The notes beneath the pieces are model-generated. The model searched no databases. It worked only from the letters and a program-made list of their open reading frames with translations, and was not told where the DNA came from. From positions 331,838 to 395,837 of the forward strand of contig JBMNJG010000011.1 of the NCBI GenBank assembly GCA_050951545.1: 64,000 nucleotides of DNA. Direction: 5' to 3'. The position numbers and the translations under genes are program-made. How positions within the stretch are numbered: the stretch's first letter is position 1; each line of letters opens with the position of its first letter. The DNA comes from Limnochordia bacterium. Its GTDB lineage: Bacteria > Bacillota > Limnochordia > DTU080. Below, one piece after another: positions 59,262-64,000 of the stretch.

Positions 59262-59291
59262 TTGACGACAGGGCCTCTTTTGTGGCATGAT
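59262..59291 (+). promoter_or_regulatory. Putative promoter of tRNA-Ala
   Basis: TTGACG-18 nt-CATGAT with TG extension. Confidence 0.5.
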
Positions 59292-59321
59292 GGGTTGTGC
59301 AAGCGCAGATGCCACGTTTGT

Positions 59322-59397
<76 letters not shown>

Positions 59398-59400
59398 AGG

Positions 59401-59427
59401 AAAACCCCGTTACGACGGGGTTTTTTG
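59401..59427 (+). terminator. Intrinsic terminator after tRNA-Ala
   Basis: aaaaccccgt-tacg-acggggtttt + T run. Confidence 0.9.
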
Positions 59428-59526
59428 CTGTTGTTGGACCTTAAGCAGAAATAGTGGGTCTTGCGAATGCTCGTGCCGGACCTAAAGACTAGGCAGATGA
59501 GGGATCTTGGAGGGAGGGGCTGATTC

Positions 59527-59770
59527 ATGAAGTAGCTAGCGAGGTTGCTCGCTGTTCTGACTTGTGATGGGGTTTCAGTCGACACTGGGGCGAGTGGTTG
59601 CCGCAGAGATAGCCGAGGCGTCTGGTCTGGCAATCGTTCGTGATGGGCAGGCGCAGGCGGTGATTGTGCTCAGTGCGAATGCCGATGGGCAGACGAGAAA
59701 GGCTGCAAGTGTGTTTGTGGAGTATGTACGTAAATCCACTGGAGATCTTGCGGGAATCTCCAGCCCATGA
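59527..59770 (+). pseudogene. Remnant of a secreted protein N-terminus (DUF4838-like)
   Basis: GGAGG RBS, ATG AAG TAG premature stop, frameshifted signal peptide, then AIVRDGQAQAVIVL..AA..FVEYVRKSTG, then truncation. Confidence 0.55.
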
Positions 59771-59919
59771 AGAGATTCATCTCGGCGAAGTCAGGTTCCA
59801 GGGTTTGCGCCACTAGACATGCTCGCACAGCGTAACTCGGTTATCGGGTGAGGGGGCGTTTTGCCCCCTCCTGTGTCCTTGAGCGTCATCAGGGGTATGC
59901 CAAGAATGAAGAGAGGAGC

Positions 59920-61251
59920 CTATCGCTTCTGGCTGAGCTCCTGCAGAATGGAGTTGAGTGCCGTCTCCATGGCGCTGAGTCCACTCTTAACTGGCGTGAG
60001 CCCGTAGAGCATCGGCAGGATCCATTGGGCTTGCCGATTGGCAATCTCGATGTGCACGTCGGCAATAGACTCTTCCAGTGCGCGCCGCCCCGAAGTGAGA
60101 GCTCCACCTACAGCGGTCGCGATCTCATTCTCGTTCAGACCTGAGATCTCAGCCACACCACGGACGAAGGTGCCGAGCGCTGTACGGCGGGCAGGAATCT
60201 TGCGCGTCTTCTGAATCCAGAGGTTCTGACCTTCATCGCTTGTCGCAAACTTGACAAATTCCCAGGATTCGTTAGGGACAGCGGTGGTGGATGAGATAAA
60301 CAGCGGGTCTGTCCAGCGCGTGTTCTGACGATTCCTGACGAGGGGTACGGGCGCGAGCCCCCAGGTGAACTTCATAGTTCCGGAGCGTGAGCCTTCAACG
60401 TAGCTGTTAATCTTCCAGGCGCCGATCCAATCCATGGCCACGCCACCGCTCGTAAACGTGGCACCGAATCCTTTGGGCGGACCGACAACGGTGTATTGCT
60501 CATACAACTCACACAGGGCCTCAAAGGCCTGGATGTTTTCGTTGCGCACCATGGTAGAATGGGTGGCCCGACCCGTGCGATAGGCTTCCTCATCAAACCA
60601 ATCGCCTCCATGCATCCAGCAGATGTCGGGCAAGTGACTCTCTGTAGCTTGGGTTAAGGCCAACTGGGTGGGCACACCATCGGAACCAATGTGTGTGAGT
60701 TTCTTACTATACTCCATCAAAGCATTCCAGGTCCAGGTGCGATCATCCCAACTGGCTGGCAAGGGCTGCAAGCCTTCCTTCTCAAACAGGTCCCTGTTGT
60801 AGAAGACGACCTGGGGGGTGACAGTGAGGGGAATGCCGTACGTCTTGCCGTCGCGGGTGAAAGTCTCAAAGACGCCGGGAAAGAAAGTGTTGCTGCTAAC
60901 TGCTGTCTTGTCTCTGTTGATATAGGGTGTGAGATCAAGTGTCCATTCCTTGAGTACGTACCCAAGCTTATCTGCGCATCCGTAGAAGACATCGGGTGCA
61001 TTTCCTGAAGCCCGAAGCACTGTCAGCTTCTCCGCATAGTCGGGACCACCGCCAGTGCCACTCGATAGTGACTCCACCTCTATCTTGGGGGATTGCTTAT
61101 TGAAAAGAGAGATAATGTCATTTGCCCATTCAGTCTCTGTGAAATCAGCTCGGTGGAAGTACACGACCTTTGTCTTCTGAGCGGAGACACCCAAGACGGC
61201 AGCAAGTAGCAGAACGATGCACATTACCCAAGTGCGATGGACCGAGGTCAT
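59920..61251 (-). CDS. ABC transporter sugar-type extracellular solute-binding protein (family 1)
   Basis: Signal peptide ending GVSA, APDV, LDLTPYI, YGIP, VFYNRDLF..GL, ESWEFVKF; ATG after GGGAGG. Confidence 0.9.
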   Translation of the reverse strand: MTSVHRTWVMCIVLLLAAVLGVSAQKTKVVYFHRADFTETEWANDIISLFNKQSPKIEVESLSSGTGGGPDYAEKLTVLRASGNAPDVFYGCADKLGYVLKEWTLDLTPYINRDKTAVSSNTFFPGVFETFTRDGKTYGIPLTVTPQVVFYNRDLFEKEGLQPLPASWDDRTWTWNALMEYSKKLTHIGSDGVPTQLALTQATESHLPDICWMHGGDWFDEEAYRTGRATHSTMVRNENIQAFEALCELYEQYTVVGPPKGFGATFTSGGVAMDWIGAWKINSYVEGSRSGTMKFTWGLAPVPLVRNRQNTRWTDPLFISSTTAVPNESWEFVKFATSDEGQNLWIQKTRKIPARRTALGTFVRGVAEISGLNENEIATAVGGALTSGRRALEESIADVHIEIANRQAQWILPMLYGLTPVKSGLSAMETALNSILQELSQKR

Positions 61252-61396
61252 TTCCAGCAACCTCCCTTTTTTAGTATCGTGGGCAACATATCGACCCTTT
61301 ATTGATATATTCTGGCCACAAACGAGTAGTCCTCCACGCGTGTCAAACACTTCTCGCATCCGTTTGGAGAGGCTGCTCTGTCTCTGTTGGCAGACA

Positions 61397-61425
61397 TTGA
61401 CAGAAAAGGCGCTCTGACCTAGGAT
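61397..61425 (+). promoter_or_regulatory. Sigma-A promoter of EamA gene
   Basis: TTGACA-17 nt-TAGGAT. Confidence 0.7.
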
Positions 61426-61490
61426 AGGTGATGGCGTAAGGTACACCATCGGTAGCAAGCTCTTGTCACAGAGACGGGAGAGGGACAGAC

Positions 61491-62513
61491 ATGCCAATCA
61501 AGGCTACGACTACCAGGCACGCGAATCCGTGTAAGGCCCACGATCAACGTTGGATAGGCACTATCTCCGTGCTGCTAGCCGCCTCCCTATGGGCGACAAC
61601 TGGTATAGCGGCTAGAGTAGCCTACGCCGTGGATGTGAGTCCGCTGTTGCTCACCGCGGCCCGGATCAACGTAACCTGGGCTATGCTTGGGGGTTATCTG
61701 CTTGTCATGTCGCGCCCCTTGCTGCGCGTGCAGGTGAGGGATCTTCCCCATCTGGCCTTGTTTGGGATCATTGGCATCGGGTTGACCCAGTTCACTTATC
61801 TGTTTACTATGACCCAAACGGACGTGGGTATAGCTGTTCTTCTCCAGTCGCTGTCGCCTGCATTCATCTATCTGTACTCTCTTCTCAGACGGGCGGAGCC
61901 CTTTCGCCCGGCCAAGCTGGGGGTGCTTCTGTTGGCCCTTCTTGGAGGGACGATAGTCGCTGTCGGTCAGGGCGGGTGGGGAGGTGCGGTGAGCCCCTTG
62001 GGCTTGGTCACTGGCTTAGCCTCTGCTGTGTGTTGGGCCTTCTACGCGATAAGAGCTAAGCCTTTTCTGGACCGATACTCTCAGTGGACGCTTCTTTTCT
62101 GGGGTAGCGGATTCGCCTCCATAGGCTGGTGGATATGGTTATCGCCGTGGCAGATGGGAAAGGCATTGGCGGCGGAGCCCACCTTTCTAGTTTCAGTCCT
62201 GTACCTGGCCGTGTTCTGCACGCTAATCCCTTCCGGGCTGTATCTGAATGGCATCCGGTTGCTGTTGCCCTCTACCGCTGGGATTCTTGCTGCTTCCGAG
62301 CCAGTGGTCGCCTCGACCTTGGCCTATGTGCTCTTAGGTGAGACGCTAACGCCCCTGCAGTTGGCTGGCGGCGGTCTCATCGTGGTTGCTCTTATCAAGC
62401 TTCAGAGTGCGGATGTTCAAGAGGTCGGTGCCCGCCATGCGGGAGGACGTGGCCGCAGAGACTGGGTCGTAGACCGCGGGTCACGGGGCACGCCGTACCA
62501 GGGCGGAGTCTAG
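61491..62513 (+). CDS. EamA/DMT family transporter
   Basis: About 10 TM helices, AASLWA, P..L..AR, duplicated EamA, EPVVA, LGETLT..QLAGG. Confidence 0.9.
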   Translation: MPIKATTTRHANPCKAHDQRWIGTISVLLAASLWATTGIAARVAYAVDVSPLLLTAARINVTWAMLGGYLLVMSRPLLRVQVRDLPHLALFGIIGIGLTQFTYLFTMTQTDVGIAVLLQSLSPAFIYLYSLLRRAEPFRPAKLGVLLLALLGGTIVAVGQGGWGGAVSPLGLVTGLASAVCWAFYAIRAKPFLDRYSQWTLLFWGSGFASIGWWIWLSPWQMGKALAAEPTFLVSVLYLAVFCTLIPSGLYLNGIRLLLPSTAGILAASEPVVASTLAYVLLGETLTPLQLAGGGLIVVALIKLQSADVQEVGARHAGGRGRRDWVVDRGSRGTPYQGGV

Positions 62514-62548
62514 GCGCCGTCCGTAGAGTCAGTCCAAGGGAAAAGAGA

Positions 62549-62577
62549 AGGCGCTACGCCAGACTGGCGCAGCGCCT
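62549..62577. terminator. Hairpin between convergent EamA and SBP genes
   Basis: aggcgctacgcca-gac-tggcgcagcgcct, with an A-rich flank that gives a U tract on the minus strand. Confidence 0.65.
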
Positions 62578-62604
62578 CTTCGCGTCACACAAGAAGCAGT
62601 ACGG

Positions 62605-63876
62605 CTACTTGCTGAGTACGATATTGTAGAGACGCTCTGCTTCTGCTAGTGCAGCAGCTATACCCTTTCGTCCCATAACAGCTTCCTCGATCTGTTCTTT
62701 CCATATCGGAGTGAGATCAGTAGATCGACGGAACGGATAGACGCTCCCAATGTAGGCGATCTCCGGGATCATCCGCATCCAGTCGTACCTCGTGTAGCCA
62801 CTCCGCCATGCAGGTGTCTTGTAGAAATCCAGCCGTGGGGACCCCACATAGTCCAGGATCTCAAACATTTCTATGCTGCCCTGCAGACTGCTCACCAACT
62901 TAATGTAGTCCCAGGCCAAAGGAACCTGCTTGCAGGAGGCAGGAATGGACATCATGTTGCCCCACACTGTGGTCCCCCGTCCTTTACCCGAAGGGCCTTT
63001 GGGGAAGCTGGTAGCCATGAATCGCATGTCTGGTGAGGTCTGCATGAAGATACGTGGGGTGGCGTTGTTGTTATAGCTCATGGCAGTTGTCTGGCTGGCG
63101 AAGTTTCCACCTACGACCTCGTGTACCAGTAACAGATCGCTGAGAAACTGCGCGGTCTGTCGACCAGCATCGGTGTTAAAGCCAGCTGTATTCAGTTCAC
63201 GATCAGCGTAGAAGCCGCCGCCATTAGCAGCCAGCCACGAGTTGAACGACTCAATTTTGGCGTTATGGATGTAGCCGTAGCGGCTGACTCGGCCGTCTGC
63301 GCCTTTGCGCACGAGCTTCTTGGCGGCAACGGTGAACTCATCCCACGAGGTAATGCCATAGGGATCTGTGTTGAGTCCTGTCTCCTCGAAGTGGTCGAGA
63401 TTGAAATACAGTACAGCCTCATCCATGGCGATCGTGGCTCCGAAAATGCGCCCGTTTAGTTGATTGTATAGCTGGGTGGCCGGGATGAATTTATCTGGCG
63501 TATGCGTGGGGGTTCTTTGAACCAAGTCTGTCAGATCAAGAATGACGCCCTCTTCAAAGAGGTCCCGAGCCCACAGCATGGAGAGAGTCGTTACATCAGG
63601 GGCAGTGCCCGTGACAACACCTGTAAGCAGTTTGTCCAGAAGCATATTCATGCTCACTTCAATATAGTTGACTTCCACGTCCGGGTGCTCGGCTTCGTAC
63701 AGCTCCTTAAGACGGGCAAAATAGGCCTGCATCGTCTTCGTCGAGTTGATACGCCAGTCCATAACCGTAAGTGTTGCCTTGGCGCCAGCACCTAGCAGAA
63801 AGCTTTGACTCAAGACGAGGGCCAGTGACACTACGATCAACACCCTGCGGACCATACTACCTGACTGCCTGATCAA
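62605..63876 (-). CDS. ABC transporter sugar-type extracellular solute-binding protein (family 1)
   Basis: Signal peptide ending AGA, YEAEHPDV, GTAPDV, LYFNLDHFEETGL, SWDEF, AWDYIK. Confidence 0.9.
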   Translation of the reverse strand: MIRQSGSMVRRVLIVVSLALVLSQSFLLGAGAKATLTVMDWRINSTKTMQAYFARLKELYEAEHPDVEVNYIEVSMNMLLDKLLTGVVTGTAPDVTTLSMLWARDLFEEGVILDLTDLVQRTPTHTPDKFIPATQLYNQLNGRIFGATIAMDEAVLYFNLDHFEETGLNTDPYGITSWDEFTVAAKKLVRKGADGRVSRYGYIHNAKIESFNSWLAANGGGFYADRELNTAGFNTDAGRQTAQFLSDLLLVHEVVGGNFASQTTAMSYNNNATPRIFMQTSPDMRFMATSFPKGPSGKGRGTTVWGNMMSIPASCKQVPLAWDYIKLVSSLQGSIEMFEILDYVGSPRLDFYKTPAWRSGYTRYDWMRMIPEIAYIGSVYPFRRSTDLTPIWKEQIEEAVMGRKGIAAALAEAERLYNIVLSK

Positions 63877-64000
63877 TGCTCAAACCCCCTGATGTGATAT
63901 ACAAACAACGAGCCAACTTATACGTCGTTATCATCTTAGCCGCCTAGTAAAAAGAAGTCAACATGGGCCACTTATGGGCATATTTCCACGGTGTAGCAAC

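Overview
GC-rich Bacillota (Firmicutes) chromosome segment with sporulation genes. Non-lipoprotein solute-binding proteins and several Gfo/Idh/MocA paralogs suggest a diderm Limnochordia-like anaerobe (inference). 0-45 kb is mostly conserved backbone: dac-LysM, corC-like, pcrA, dac, ligA, gatCAB, lgt-like, T-box-valS-folC, SPOR protein, spoIID, mrp, trxB, sat, JAMM protease, maf-radC-mreBCD-mrdA-minCDE, spoIVFB-like, rng, rplU-rpmA, obg, yhbY, proBA, nadD-yqeK-LCP-rsfS-methyltransferase. A 16S-23S-5S operon without spacer tRNA follows (45.9-50.8 kb), then an accessory region with oxidoreductases, nfnAB, tRNA-Ala(GGC), orphan ABC binding proteins and several gene remnants. Two results stand out. 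(1) An insert at 12.6-15.3 kb carries ~2.7 tandem copies of a non-coding, palindrome-rich 406-bp unit (plus a partial fourth), directly upstream of a gene for a tandem-HTH + Vsr/DUF559-like PD-(D/E)XK nuclease with a near-consensus LexA box; this is a candidate undescribed repeat-nuclease system. (2) An intact, full-length GatA has its catalytic Lys, cis-Ser and glutamine-binding residues all substituted, suggesting a glutaminase-dead, possibly free-ammonia-dependent GatCAB. Other items: a degenerate Lgt paralog, prp loss with short L27, a 1-nt frameshift in obg, a duplicated 5S 3' end, and two highly structured intergenic RNAs. All calls are by eye; no searches were run.
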